From IMG/VR virus record IMGVR_UViG_2562617057_000011, positions 1 through 46,003 of that record: a stretch of DNA of 46,003 nucleotides. The stretch is one strand, 5' to 3'. Of this stretch, positions 15,460 to 24,412 are shown one piece after another (the stretch's first letter is position 1; every line of letters begins with the position of its first letter). This DNA comes from a virus (taxonomy: Duplodnaviria; Heunggongvirae; Uroviricota; Caudoviricetes). A model generated the notes under the pieces. It searched no databases. It worked only from the letters and a program-made list of their open reading frames with translations, and was not told the origin of the DNA. Position numbers and translations under genes: made by a program.

Positions 15460-16856
15460 CAAACCCGACAAATCCGGCGTGGCGTAATGATGACCTGGAA
15501 GGTGCAGTGATTGGCGCGTTTTTTCTGCGTGGGGCTGATCCGGAAGTGATGGATATTCTGGCCACGCTTCCGGCGGATGTATTTTTTGTACGCCAGTACC
15601 GGGATATTTACGCAGGGATTTGTAGACAGGCCCGTGTATCCGGTGTGATTGACCCCGTACTGCTGTGCAATGAGATGCCGGAACTAGCCCCGGTGATTAC
15701 CGACACCGGACGTAAAACCTGGGTGAAGTCTTCACTGGAGCACTATGTTGCAGCGTTACGGCGCAATGCTGCATTGCGTGATGCAGAAAAAACACTGAAT
15801 GAGGCGCTGCAGAAATTACGTGATGCGCATACCTGTGAAGCAGCTGAAGATGCCCTGAAGGATGCGCACAATATGATGGCCTCATTGTCGACGGAAAAGG
15901 GCGTCATTCAGCCGGTACATATTGATGATGTGCTTCCGGAAGTGGTTGAGCGTGTTGAATGCCGGAATCAGGGGCTGGAGAAATCCAGGACGTTGATGAC
16001 CGGTATTGATGAACTGGACGCAAAAACAGGCGGTATGGAGCCCGGAGACCTGGTATTCATTGCCGCCCGTCCTTCGATGGGGAAAACCGAACTTGCGCTG
16101 GACATCATCGACAAGGTGACTGAGCAGGGGCATGGTGTGCTTCTGTTCACCATGGAGATGGCGAACATCCAGATTGGTGAACGTATGGTGTCTGCGGCTG
16201 GAGGGATGCCAGTATCACGCCTGAAATCTGTGGCTCACTTTGAAGATGAAGACTGGGCGCGTTTCTCACAAGGGGTGGGGCGGATGACCGGGCGCAATAT
16301 CTGGATGGTGGACCAGGCGAACCTGACCATTGATGAGATATGCGCAACAACGAAACACCATCTGATTAAACATCCGGAAACGGCGCTGGTGGTGGTTGAT
16401 TATCTCGGGCTGATAAAAACCCGAACCACGGGGCGTCATGACCTTGCCGTGGGTGAAATCTCAAAGGGGCTTAAAGGCCTGGCAAAATCCGGTGGTTTTC
16501 CGTTGATTGCGCTGAGCCAGCTCTCCCGCGGTGTGGAGTCCAGACCCAATAAACGTCCCATGAACTCAGACCTGAAAAATTCCGGAGAAATAGAGGCGGA
16601 TGCAGACATCATTCTGATGCTTTACAGGGATGAAGTGTACAACCCGGATACGCAGGCCAGGGGCATCGCAGAAATCAATATCACGAAACAACGTAACGGT
16701 TCTCTGGGAACGATTTACCGGCGTTTTTATAACGGACATTTTCTGCCTGTGGACCAGGAAAGTGCACGGGTGCTTTCCACTCCCATGAAGCCCGGCAATC
16801 CGCGCAGATACAGTAATAAACGAACTGACAGCAGTAAGATGGAGCGTTTCTTTTGA
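15456..16856 (+). CDS. DnaB-family replicative DNA helicase, 466 aa
   Basis: RecA-like helicase core (ARPSMGKTELAL, DYLGLI motifs); ATG at 15456 overlaps the upstream stop; GAGGTG Shine-Dalgarno. Confidence 0.9.
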   Translation: MTNPTNPAWRNDDLEGAVIGAFFLRGADPEVMDILATLPADVFFVRQYRDIYAGICRQARVSGVIDPVLLCNEMPELAPVITDTGRKTWVKSSLEHYVAALRRNAALRDAEKTLNEALQKLRDAHTCEAAEDALKDAHNMMASLSTEKGVIQPVHIDDVLPEVVERVECRNQGLEKSRTLMTGIDELDAKTGGMEPGDLVFIAARPSMGKTELALDIIDKVTEQGHGVLLFTMEMANIQIGERMVSAAGGMPVSRLKSVAHFEDEDWARFSQGVGRMTGRNIWMVDQANLTIDEICATTKHHLIKHPETALVVVDYLGLIKTRTTGRHDLAVGEISKGLKGLAKSGGFPLIALSQLSRGVESRPNKRPMNSDLKNSGEIEADADIILMLYRDEVYNPDTQARGIAEINITKQRNGSLGTIYRRFYNGHFLPVDQESARVLSTPMKPGNPRRYSNKRTDSSKMERFF

Positions 16857-17110
16857 ACAACCAGACAATGACTTTTACCCCTGAACAATTGCGTAAACAC
16901 GCGCAGGAAATGCTGCGTCATGCTGAACAACTCGAAAAAACGGGCATAACAAAAGACGCTATCCGTAAAGATATGGTACCCGCGCTTCGGGAACTGATGC
17001 AGGCGAAGCATCGCGCACAGAAAGCAGTAGATGAGCTGGTGGACTGTGTGGCAGAGCTGGAAACCAGAGTCGGAAAGTTTGAAAAACTGGTGCAGGAGGT
17101 GCTGCGCTGA
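16853..17110 (+). CDS. hypothetical coiled-coil protein, 85 aa (non-ATG start uncertain)
   Basis: ORF between helicase and Q; predicted helical; ORF track start is TTG, next ATG at 16868. Confidence 0.45.
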   Translation: MNNQTMTFTPEQLRKHAQEMLRHAEQLEKTGITKDAIRKDMVPALRELMQAKHRAQKAVDELVDCVAELETRVGKFEKLVQEVLR

Positions 17111-17481
17111 TGCGTGATATTCAAATGGTTCTTGAACGTTGGGGGGCATGGGTGGCAAATAATCACGAGGATGTGGAATGGTCATCTGTTGCTGCAGGTT
17201 TTAAGGGATTAATCCCTTCGAAAGTAAAATCCCGCCCGCAATGTAGCGATGACGATGGCCTGATCATTAGCTCTGCGATGACAGTTCTTAAGAAAAAGGA
17301 ACCGTATCAATACGAATTACTGGAAATGTATTATGTGTATGGGGTTACATTACGGGCGTTGGGGGTAAAACTGGGGATATCACTTAATCAGGTTGTTATC
17401 AGACTGCAGAAAGCTGAAGGGTTTATTGACGGTTGTCTGGCAATGTTGGGGGTATCTTTAGAAATTGATTGTTACATATAG
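17110..17481 (+). CDS. Q: late-gene antitermination protein Q-like, 123 aa
   Basis: Sequence recalled as matching prophage Q-family antiterminators (MRDIQMVLERWGAW...); GGAGGTG Shine-Dalgarno; sits before the late/lysis region. Confidence 0.75.
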   Translation: MRDIQMVLERWGAWVANNHEDVEWSSVAAGFKGLIPSKVKSRPQCSDDDGLIISSAMTVLKKKEPYQYELLEMYYVYGVTLRALGVKLGISLNQVVIRLQKAEGFIDGCLAMLGVSLEIDCYI

Positions 17482-17520
17482 TAATAAATTCAATCAAAGT
17501 AAATAATCATATTTTATTAT

Positions 17521-17553
17521 AACCTCCTGATGATACCTGTTCATCGGGAGGTT
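17521..17553 (+). promoter_or_regulatory. 13-bp-stem hairpin that sequesters the ribosome-binding site of the next gene; possible tR-prime-like element
   Basis: AACCTCCTGATGA-TACCTGT-TCATCGGGAGGTT; the 3' arm contains GGGAGG, 3 nt upstream of ATG 17557; AT-rich promoter-like sequence precedes. Confidence 0.5.
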
Positions 17554-17556
17554 ATT

Positions 17557-17913
17557 ATGGATAAAAATGTAGAGCATGTATTAGTTGATGCAATTGAAAA
17601 TAAGCAATCTTTAACAGTCGTTTACTTGGGAGGGAGCCAGCCCGGAACATTAAGGAATATTTCTCCGATTAGTATAAATGGGGATAAATTGCGGGCAAGA
17701 TGCCATAGTTCTGGAGCAGTAAAGGTTTTCAATCTTGGGAAAATACAGTTACCCAGTGACTCCTGCGCGGTATCTATGCACTATGGAGATTTAGAAGTTA
17801 AAGCTTATGAGACGATGCAGAGCGTAAATGACAACTTTCATGCCCTTTATCCTGAAGGTCGATGGGGTGTTGATTTTAATGAGCATCGCTTTGCTTTATT
17901 TGATTTTTTTTAA
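17557..17913 (+). CDS. hypothetical protein, 118 aa (possible WYL/SH3-like fold, speculative)
   Basis: ATG with GGGAGG Shine-Dalgarno; AT-rich island downstream of Q; no confident family. Confidence 0.5.
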   Translation: MDKNVEHVLVDAIENKQSLTVVYLGGSQPGTLRNISPISINGDKLRARCHSSGAVKVFNLGKIQLPSDSCAVSMHYGDLEVKAYETMQSVNDNFHALYPEGRWGVDFNEHRFALFDFF

Positions 17914-17940
17914 AACGGGAAACGAAAAAAAACGGCATTT

Positions 17941-18174
17941 ATGGCAATTGAGTTCAGGGAAAGAGATGAAGAGAAAATAATAACAGGTGTAACAATTGAT
18001 ATTGGTATATCTGGAACAGTGATTTCTGAGAAGTCCCGAATCCCAAAAAGACGACCATGGGTAGTGGTTGGTCCCGAACACGGAGAATACAGTACTTATT
18101 CAACTTTGGACAAGGCTGCTACAGCGTTTTTTGAGAGGCTTTCGTTGATAGCATCCGGCCTGGAAGATAATTGA
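17941..18174 (+). CDS. hypothetical protein, 77 aa
   Basis: ORF follows the 118-aa gene in the same AT-rich island; weak ribosome-binding site. Confidence 0.35.
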   Translation: MAIEFRERDEEKIITGVTIDIGISGTVISEKSRIPKRRPWVVVGPEHGEYSTYSTLDKAATAFFERLSLIASGLEDN

Positions 18175-18303
18175 TTTTATGTTTGGTATTCAGAGTTCGC
18201 CGTGCTTAAGAAAGTCAAGATTCTAAAAATACTGAATGAGCTACTTGTGTTATAACAAAAATGCTATTAGTGTGTTAAGAGTGGTTACTTCGCCACACAA
18301 CTT

Positions 18304-18329
18304 AAACCCGCCACTGAGCGGGTTTTTTG
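18304..18329 (+). terminator. intrinsic terminator
   Basis: AACCCGC-CACTGA-GCGGGTT hairpin followed by TTTTTT. Confidence 0.65.
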
Positions 18330-18450
18330 TACCTGTAAACCTGGTGCAGTACAGTAAACACGCTGGTGGTCGTGAATACTGACTTTTTATCTTGCTGGCT
18401 TTTTAGACAAGAGTTATTGGTATGTCATGTTAACCAGAAGGGAAAAAGAC

Positions 18451-18654
18451 ATGCTAAAACAGCAAGATATGACAGAAACCGCCGCCGCAGTCCTTCATTT
18501 CTTACCTGCTGACAAGTGGGTAACGCCACGCATGATGACGAGAACTACCGGAGTAAGCGAAGCCCGGTGCCAGTTAATACTGACTCAGTTAGTTCTGGCG
18601 GGTCTGGCGAAGGATAACGGCGGGTACGGGAATAAATTCAGACGCTGCCAGTAA
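18451..18654 (+). CDS. small putative winged-helix DNA-binding protein, 67 aa
   Basis: ORF upstream of the methyltransferase gene; second ATG preferred because of a purine-rich SD-like sequence. Confidence 0.4.
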   Translation: MLKQQDMTETAAAVLHFLPADKWVTPRMMTRTTGVSEARCQLILTQLVLAGLAKDNGGYGNKFRRCQ

Positions 18655-18804
18655 TGGCGGTTTCCTGCTGTGAAAATGGGCGGCTGGTGGGTGTTGGTAG
18701 CACCTGCCAGCCATTCGCTCATGCTTACTGGTCACAAGCGAACCACGGCCCACTGCTTTAGCGCAAAAGCAGAGTGAGCCTACCAGAGTTACGCTTACTG
18801 ATCC

Positions 18805-19863
18805 ATGAAAAATACTGTATAAATAAACAGTATTGATTTAATCAACGCTGATTGCCTGCATTTTATTCAGTCCCTGCCTGATGATTCCATTGACCTGATT
18901 GTTACAGATCCGCCGTACTTCAAGGTGAAACCCAACGACTGGGACAATCAGTGGAAAGAGGACGAAGATTACCTTAAGTGGCTGGACCACTGTCTGGCCC
19001 AGTTCTGGCGGGTGTTGAAACCTTCCGGAAGTCTTTACCTGTTCTGTGGTCATCGCCTGGCATCTGATATCGAAATCATGATGCGTGAACGCTTTAATGT
19101 GCTGAACCACATTATCTGGGCGAAGCCGTCCGGGCGCTGGAACGGGTGCAACAAGGAAAGCCTGCGGGCGTATTTCCCCGCCACAGAGCGCATTCTGTTC
19201 GCGGAACATTATCAGGGGCCGTATCGTCCAAAAGATGATGGCTATGAGGCGAAGGGCAGGGCACTGAAACAGCATGTGATGGCTCCGCTGATTTCTTACT
19301 TTCGTGATGCGCGTGCGGCTCTGGGGATAACGGCAAAACAGATTGCTGATGTCTCAGGAAAGAAAAACATGGTGTCGCACTGGTTCAGTGCCAGCCAGTG
19401 GCAGTTACCGAACGAGGATGATTACAGAAAACTTCAGGTGCTGTTTGCCCGGGTGGCAGAAGAGAAACATCAGCGGGGTGAACTGGAAAAGCCACATCAC
19501 CAACTGGTCAGCACATACAGTGAGCTGAACCGGCAGTATGCCAGCCTGCTGGAAGAGTACAAATCCCTGCGGCGTTATTTTTCCGTATCGGCAGCCGTTC
19601 CTTATACGGATGTCTGGACGCACAAGCCTGTGCAGTATTATCCGGGCAAACATCCCTGTGAAAAACCGGCAGATATGTTGCGGCAAATGATTACCGCCAG
19701 CAGTCGTCCGGGTGACCTGGTTGCAGATTTCTTCATGGGGTCCGGTTCGACAGTCAAAGCAGCGATGGCGCTGGGGCGTCGTGCAATTGGTGTCGAGCTG
19801 GAGGCTGAACGTTTTGAGCAGACCGCAAGAGATGTACAGAATTCAATCAGAAAGAGAGAGTGA
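18805..19863 (+). CDS. beta-class DNA amino-methyltransferase (N6-adenine or N4-cytosine), reading frame interrupted by TAA at codon 6; possibly a pseudogene
   Basis: DPPY motif near the N-terminus and FMGSGST SAM-binding motif near the C-terminus; ATG 18805 then MKNTV, TAA at 18820-18822, frame continues INSIDLINADCL..DPPY; ORF track starts at GTG 18925, after DPPY. Confidence 0.7.
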
Positions 19864-19903
19864 TATTGCTGAATTTATTCTGTAACGTTATCATTATGTT
19901 ATC

Positions 19904-19979
19904 GGCCCTTTAGCTCAGTGGTGAGAGCGAGCGACTCATAATCGCCAGGTCGCTGGTTCAAGTCCAGCAAGGGCCACCA
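19904..19979 (+). tRNA. tRNA with anticodon CAT (Ile2-like, lysidine-type; Met not excluded), CCA encoded
   Basis: 76-nt cloverleaf folded by hand; very similar to E. coli ileX as recalled; anticodon loop CTCATAA. Confidence 0.85.
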
Positions 19980-19980
19980 A

Positions 19981-20054
19981 CCACCACTAGCTCATCCGGA
20001 TAGAGCATCAACCTTCTAAGTTGACGGTGCGAGGTTCGAGTCCTCGGTGGTGGG
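19981..20054 (+). tRNA. tRNA-Arg, anticodon TCT
   Basis: Cloverleaf with acceptor CCACCAC/GTGGTGG, anticodon loop CTTCTAA, T-loop TTCGAGT; no encoded CCA. Confidence 0.8.
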
Positions 20055-20059
20055 CCAGC

Positions 20060-20135
<76 letters not shown>

Positions 20136-20138
20136 TAT

Positions 20139-20213
<75 letters not shown>

Positions 20214-20827
20214 GCGAGATTTGAGACGAAGGTTGTTATTTGCACTGACACAATATTGTGTGGGAATGTCTGACTCCTTACCATCTCCTGTTCTGTGATG
20301 TTGTTTTGTTGCAGTTCCAGTGCTCTTTTTTCAGCACCAGAATGGTGCATTGTCGGTCAGGTTACGTAGTGAACCTCTGGCAGGGGACTGATGATTCATC
20401 ATTCTGGTGTTGTAAATATCTCTTCGGACAACTTACAAAATATTCTAAGCAAACCCCGGGAACACACTCTTAACTGCCTTGGCTGGCGGTTTTTTGTACA
20501 GCGCTCGGTATGTGTGAGCTGGAAATCAGATTTTGCATGGACTGGAATCATGCTGTTATTTAGGGGCGAAGAACTGGCTTTTTCTTCCGCCTTCTCACCA
20601 GTAACGATTAGAAAAATAATGAAATGCCCCCCTCCGGGGAGGAGGACCGTAGAAAAAAGGACCCGCCAGCAAAAACATTGGGGATGAACAGCTTTCGCTA
20701 CTCAGATTGCTGGCGGGTAAAGTTCCTCATGAATTAAGAATGCTACGCGATCTTTTTTAATGGAAATGAAAATTATTGTCAATTAGTCGTGCGTGTTTTT
20801 TCATACAATATTGGTAAAGGTGATTCA

Positions 20828-20860
20828 GGCCATCAGAGTTTTGCTGATGGCCTTTTTTCT
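20828..20860 (+). terminator. intrinsic terminator upstream of the lysis genes (tR-prime-like)
   Basis: GGCCATCAG-AGTTTTG-CTGATGGCC hairpin followed by TTTTTT, about 35 nt before the holin start. Confidence 0.65.
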
Positions 20861-20894
20861 TTCCGATAGCACAGGTCTGTCGGGGGGGCGGGAT

Positions 20895-21110
20895 ATGTAT
20901 CAGATGGAAAAAATATCAACAGGCATTGCCTACGGCACCTCCGCCGGCAGTGCCGGCTACTGGTTTTTGCAGTGGTTGGATCAGGTCAGTCCATCACAGT
21001 GGGCTGCGATTGGTGTGCTGGGAAGTCTGCTTCTGGGGCTTCTGACTTATCTGACGAATCTGTATTTCAAAATAAGAGAAGACAAGCGTAAGGCTGCGCG
21101 GGGAGAGTAA
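20895..21110 (+). CDS. S: class II holin (phage 21 S-type pinholin), 71 aa
   Basis: Sequence matches the recalled phage 21 S protein ([39 protein letters not shown]...); dual-Met start MYQM. Confidence 0.9.
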   Translation: MYQMEKISTGIAYGTSAGSAGYWFLQWLDQVSPSQWAAIGVLGSLLLGLLTYLTNLYFKIREDKRKAARGE

Positions 21111-21114
21111 TTCA

Positions 21115-21645
21115 ATGACACAAAACTATGAACTGATTGTGAAAGGGATCCGCAATTTTGAGAATAAAGTTGCGGTAACTTTAGCGTTACGGGACAAAAA
21201 ACGCTTTGACGGTGAAATTTTTGACCTGGACATCTCGCTGGACCGTGTTGAAGGTGCCGCGCTGGAGTTTTATGAGGCAGCGGCCAGAATGAGAATCAGA
21301 CAGGTATTCCTGGATGTTGCTGCCGGGTTATGTGAAGGGGATGAGCAGTCGCCGGAAAAGCGCCCCATAATTTTAGAGGCGCAGAATGTGTGGATAACCT
21401 ACAAAGGAAAGCTACCGGGAAGAATTACTGGTTCTCTGAAGACGCCACCGACGGCATTGCGGTCAGAAAAAGATGATATTGAATCGCCCATTGAAAAACT
21501 GGAGAAAAAATTGTCGGTGCTGATTCCTTCTGAAGATGAAAAAAAACGCCGCGATGAGCAGTTTGCGGCGTTTTACGATTATTGCATTGAAGTTACTCGC
21601 AGGAATTTTGTGAAGATTTTTGAGGAGGGTAAATCTCTTCAGTAA
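21115..21645 (+). CDS. hypothetical protein inserted between holin and endolysin, 176 aa
   Basis: ORF with GGGGAGAG Shine-Dalgarno starting 5 nt after the holin stop; no family recognised. Confidence 0.55.
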   Translation: MTQNYELIVKGIRNFENKVAVTLALRDKKRFDGEIFDLDISLDRVEGAALEFYEAAARMRIRQVFLDVAAGLCEGDEQSPEKRPIILEAQNVWITYKGKLPGRITGSLKTPPTALRSEKDDIESPIEKLEKKLSVLIPSEDEKKRRDEQFAAFYDYCIEVTRRNFVKIFEEGKSLQ

Positions 21646-21859
21646 GCTTAATGGCGGACGCTGCAATTAATTCAGGAAGGTCCGCAAGGTCATCTGTCAG
21701 TGGATATGATGAAAAATCGGCGGCAGTTCTGTTAAGAAGCGCTTTAACTAATTCCTTTTCCTTCTCCGGCAACAAGTTGATTAGAGCTACGACTGCTTGC
21801 CTGAGTGCGATTAAATCAGCAAAAGTTTGTTTTGGTAGATTTGTGTAATCCGTAGTCAC
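21593..21859 (-). CDS. possible acidic small protein, 88 aa, GTG start, convergent with the 176-aa gene
   Basis: Protein-like acidic helical sequence, but GTG start and a 53-bp 3' overlap with the convergent gene. Confidence 0.3.
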   Translation of the reverse strand: MTTDYTNLPKQTFADLIALRQAVVALINLLPEKEKELVKALLNRTAADFSSYPLTDDLADLPELIAASAIKLTEEIYPPQKSSQNSCE

Positions 21860-21966
21860 CTCTGTGTTTATCAGATTGACATCCTCCTCCCGCCAGTGCC
21901 CATCACTGGCGAGGTAAGATTTAACATATCCGGGGATTTGAAGCCGATAAATCCTGATAAATATCC

Positions 21967-22500
21967 ATGAACGTAAAAATCAGATATGGCCTGTCGGCTG
22001 CCGTTCTGGCACTGATTGCTATCGGTGCGCCTGCGCCTGATATTCTCGACCAGTTTCTGGATGAAAAAGAAGGTAACCACACTACGGCATACCGCGATGG
22101 TTCCGGCATCTGGACCATCTGTCGGGGTGCCACGATGGTGGATGGTAAACCCGTTTTTCCCGGTATGAAACTGTCGAAGGAAAAATGCGACCAGGTTAAC
22201 GCCATTGAACGTGATAAGGCGCTGGCATGGGTGGAGCGCAATATTAAAGTACCACTGACCGAACCACAAAAAGCGGGTATAGCGTCATTTTGCCCCTATA
22301 ACATTGGCCCCGGTAAGTGTTTCCCGTCGACGTTTTATAAGCGGCTGAATGCCGGTGATCGTAAGGGCGCATGCGAGGCGATTCGCTGGTGGATAAAAGA
22401 TGTTGGGCGCGATTGCCGCATACGTTCAAATAACTGCTATGGACAGGTTATTCGTCGTGACCAGGAAAGCGCATTAGCCTGTTGGGGGATAGATCAATGA
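21967..22500 (+). CDS. R: SAR endolysin (T4-lysozyme-like muramidase with N-terminal signal-anchor-release domain), 177 aa
   Basis: Hydrophobic Gly/Ala-rich N-terminus; catalytic E-D-T arrangement ([20 protein letters not shown]); follows a pinholin. Confidence 0.9.
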   Translation: MNVKIRYGLSAAVLALIAIGAPAPDILDQFLDEKEGNHTTAYRDGSGIWTICRGATMVDGKPVFPGMKLSKEKCDQVNAIERDKALAWVERNIKVPLTEPQKAGIASFCPYNIGPGKCFPSTFYKRLNAGDRKGACEAIRWWIKDVGRDCRIRSNNCYGQVIRRDQESALACWGIDQ

Positions 22501-22964
22501 GCAGAGTCACCGCGATTATCTCCGCTCTGGTTATCTGCATCATCGTCTGCCTGTCATGGGCTGTTAATCATTACCGTGATAACGCCATTACCTACAAAGA
22601 GCAGCGCGACAAAAACGCAAGAGAACTGAAGCTGGCGAACGCAACCATTACTGACATGCAGCAGCGCCAGCGTTCTGTTGATGCACTCGATGCTAAATAC
22701 ACGAAGGAGTTAGCTGATGCGAAAGCTGAAAATGATGCTCTTCGGCGCAAGCTTGATAATGGTGGTCGGGTGCTCGTCAAAGGAAAATGCCCTGTGCCAG
22801 CCTCAGCCAAAACCTCCAGCGCCTCCGGCATGGGCAATGATGCCACCGTCGAACTCTCTTCAGTTGCTGGACGAAACGTTCTCGGTATCCGGGACGGAAT
22901 TATCCGCGACCAAACAGCACTGAGAACGCTTCAGGAATACATCAATACGCAATGCCTGAATTAA
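22497..22964 (+). CDS. Rz: spanin inner-membrane subunit Rz (i-spanin), 155 aa
   Basis: N-terminal transmembrane helix, coiled-coil periplasmic part; ATGA overlap with the endolysin stop. Confidence 0.85.
   Translation: MSRVTAIISALVICIIVCLSWAVNHYRDNAITYKEQRDKNARELKLANATITDMQQRQRSVDALDAKYTKELADAKAENDALRRKLDNGGRVLVKGKCPVPASAKTSSASGMGNDATVELSSVAGRNVLGIRDGIIRDQTALRTLQEYINTQCLN
22717..22923 (+). CDS. Rz1: spanin outer-membrane lipoprotein Rz1 (o-spanin), embedded in Rz in another frame, 68 aa
   Basis: Lipobox VVGC, proline-rich mature part, AAGGAG Shine-Dalgarno; fully nested within Rz. Confidence 0.8.
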   Translation: MRKLKMMLFGASLIMVVGCSSKENALCQPQPKPPAPPAWAMMPPSNSLQLLDETFSVSGTELSATKQH

Positions 22965-23005
22965 TCCCTCTGTATCAAAAACGAACTCAATTTGTTGGAT
23001 AGTGA

Positions 23006-23317
23006 ATGAAAATTTATATTGCCGGGCCAATGACGGGATATGAGAACTTTAATCGTGACGCCTTTAATAAAGAGGCAGATCGTTTGTCACGACATGGTCA
23101 CTCTGTCTTGAATCCAGCCACTTTGCCTAATGGTCTGACACAACGTGAATACATGGATATTTGCTTTGCAATGCTTCGTTGTGCGGATGCTATTTTGATG
23201 CTTCCTGGCTGGAAAGCGTCTGCTGGAGCAACTGCTGAGTATCATTACGCATACAAGATGGAGATGCCGGTATTCACTACGCTGAATTACCCGCCAGCTT
23301 GTTCCTCTGCAGTATAA
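23006..23317 (+). CDS. nucleoside 2-deoxyribosyltransferase-like (DUF4406-type) protein, 103 aa
   Basis: N-terminal MKIYIAGPMTG motif and conserved C-terminal LPGW..S.GA..E motif. Confidence 0.6.
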   Translation: MKIYIAGPMTGYENFNRDAFNKEADRLSRHGHSVLNPATLPNGLTQREYMDICFAMLRCADAILMLPGWKASAGATAEYHYAYKMEMPVFTTLNYPPACSSAV

Positions 23318-23669
23318 AAATCTCTTTGTTTCTCGTGTGCGATCGTGGTCGCTCGCTAAATTCCGCGCTGCATCGTCGCCGTATTTCCGCATTAACTATG
23401 ACCGTAGCCCGACGGGGAACTCCTTCTGCGCGAGTGTGCGGGAATAATCAAAAACGATGCACACCGGGTTTTTACCGCGTTTATGGTTCGCGGGTTTGTC
23501 CCTCATGCTCGCCAGTCCTGTGCGGGGGTGGAAGAAACAGGACACTTACACTGATTCTTGTGGGTACGATGCTATTCCTTTCTGGATTATCCCGATGTCA
23601 TTCATGCAGGGCGCTGTATCAGACGTTCGTCATGGCTGTCAGGCTGACGGGTCCTCCCGGTGGGGTGGC

Positions 23670-23830
23670 CTGCCACGGGGCGGGAGCGGCGCAGAATTTC
23701 ACTATTTATGAAAATTTTTCGGAAACCATGTCCGGTTTCTCTGAAGGTTAACCATTTGAAAAATATAGAAATGCGCTTTCTGTGAACCGGACATGCGCAA
23801 AAATTGAACACTCAAACCGGACATATATGC
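23670..23830. promoter_or_regulatory. cos packaging site (cosN nick region plus cosB-like terminase-binding repeats)
   Basis: ACGGGGCGGGAGCGGCGCAGAATTTCACTATTTATGAAAATTTTTCGG resembles the recalled lambda cos sequence; three ACCGGACAT-type repeats at about 23724-23739 (inverted), 23783-23797 and 23814-23829; immediately upstream of Nu1. Confidence 0.75.
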
Positions 23831-23902
23831 CGCGTTTCATAAAGTTGTTCGCAAGATGCATGTTTAAAACGCATGAGGGGAGATTTTTTGGCGAGGTGAA
23901 CA

Positions 23903-24412
23903 GTGGCTACTCAGACTGAAGTTGCCAGGCATTTGAGTCTGACCGATCGCCAGCTTCGCAGATTACAGAAACTGCCGGGTGCCCCGGTTTCGAACAAGCG
24001 AGGACAACTGGATCTGGATGCCTGGCGTGATTTTTACATATCGTATCTGAGAAGAAGTAAAAACGATGTGCCTGATGGTGATCCGGAAGAGGATTATGAA
24101 GAGAAACTACTCATTGCGAGATGGGAACTGACCGCAGAACAGGCTGTCGCACAGCAGTTAAAAAATCAGGTGTCAAAAGGAAATCTTATTGATAGCGGAT
24201 TTTGTATTTTTGCCCTTAGTAAGCTGGCGATGGCTTTATCCAGTACGCTTGACTCCATTCCTTTGTCCATGCAACGACAGTTCCCGGATTTAACGCCGCG
24301 TCATATTGATCATCTGAAAATCCTTATTGCTAAGGGAGCGAATCAGTGCGCGCGTGCGGGGGATAAATTACCGGATTTACTCGATGAATATATCAGAACA
24401 ACAACTGAGTAA
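23903..24412 (+). CDS. nu1: terminase small subunit (Nu1-like), 169 aa, GTG start
   Basis: C-terminal half matches recalled lambda Nu1 (FCIFALSKLA...LPDLLDEYI); GAGGTG Shine-Dalgarno. Confidence 0.9.
   Translation: MATQTEVARHLSLTDRQLRRLQKLPGAPVSNKRGQLDLDAWRDFYISYLRRSKNDVPDGDPEEDYEEKLLIARWELTAEQAVAQQLKNQVSKGNLIDSGFCIFALSKLAMALSSTLDSIPLSMQRQFPDLTPRHIDHLKILIAKGANQCARAGDKLPDLLDEYIRTTTE

Noticed and set aside
18838-19275. 145-aa minus-strand ORF
   Set aside because: Lies entirely antisense within the methyltransferase gene; no independent support.
20250-20890. Shiga-toxin-like genes at the tRNA-to-holin interval
   Set aside because: No ORF of StxA size or composition; only short unconvincing frames (20258..20473, 20391..20687).
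23299-23751. 150-aa Cys/Arg-rich plus-strand ORF (and 23457..23711)
   Set aside because: Falls across the cos site region; composition is not protein-like.
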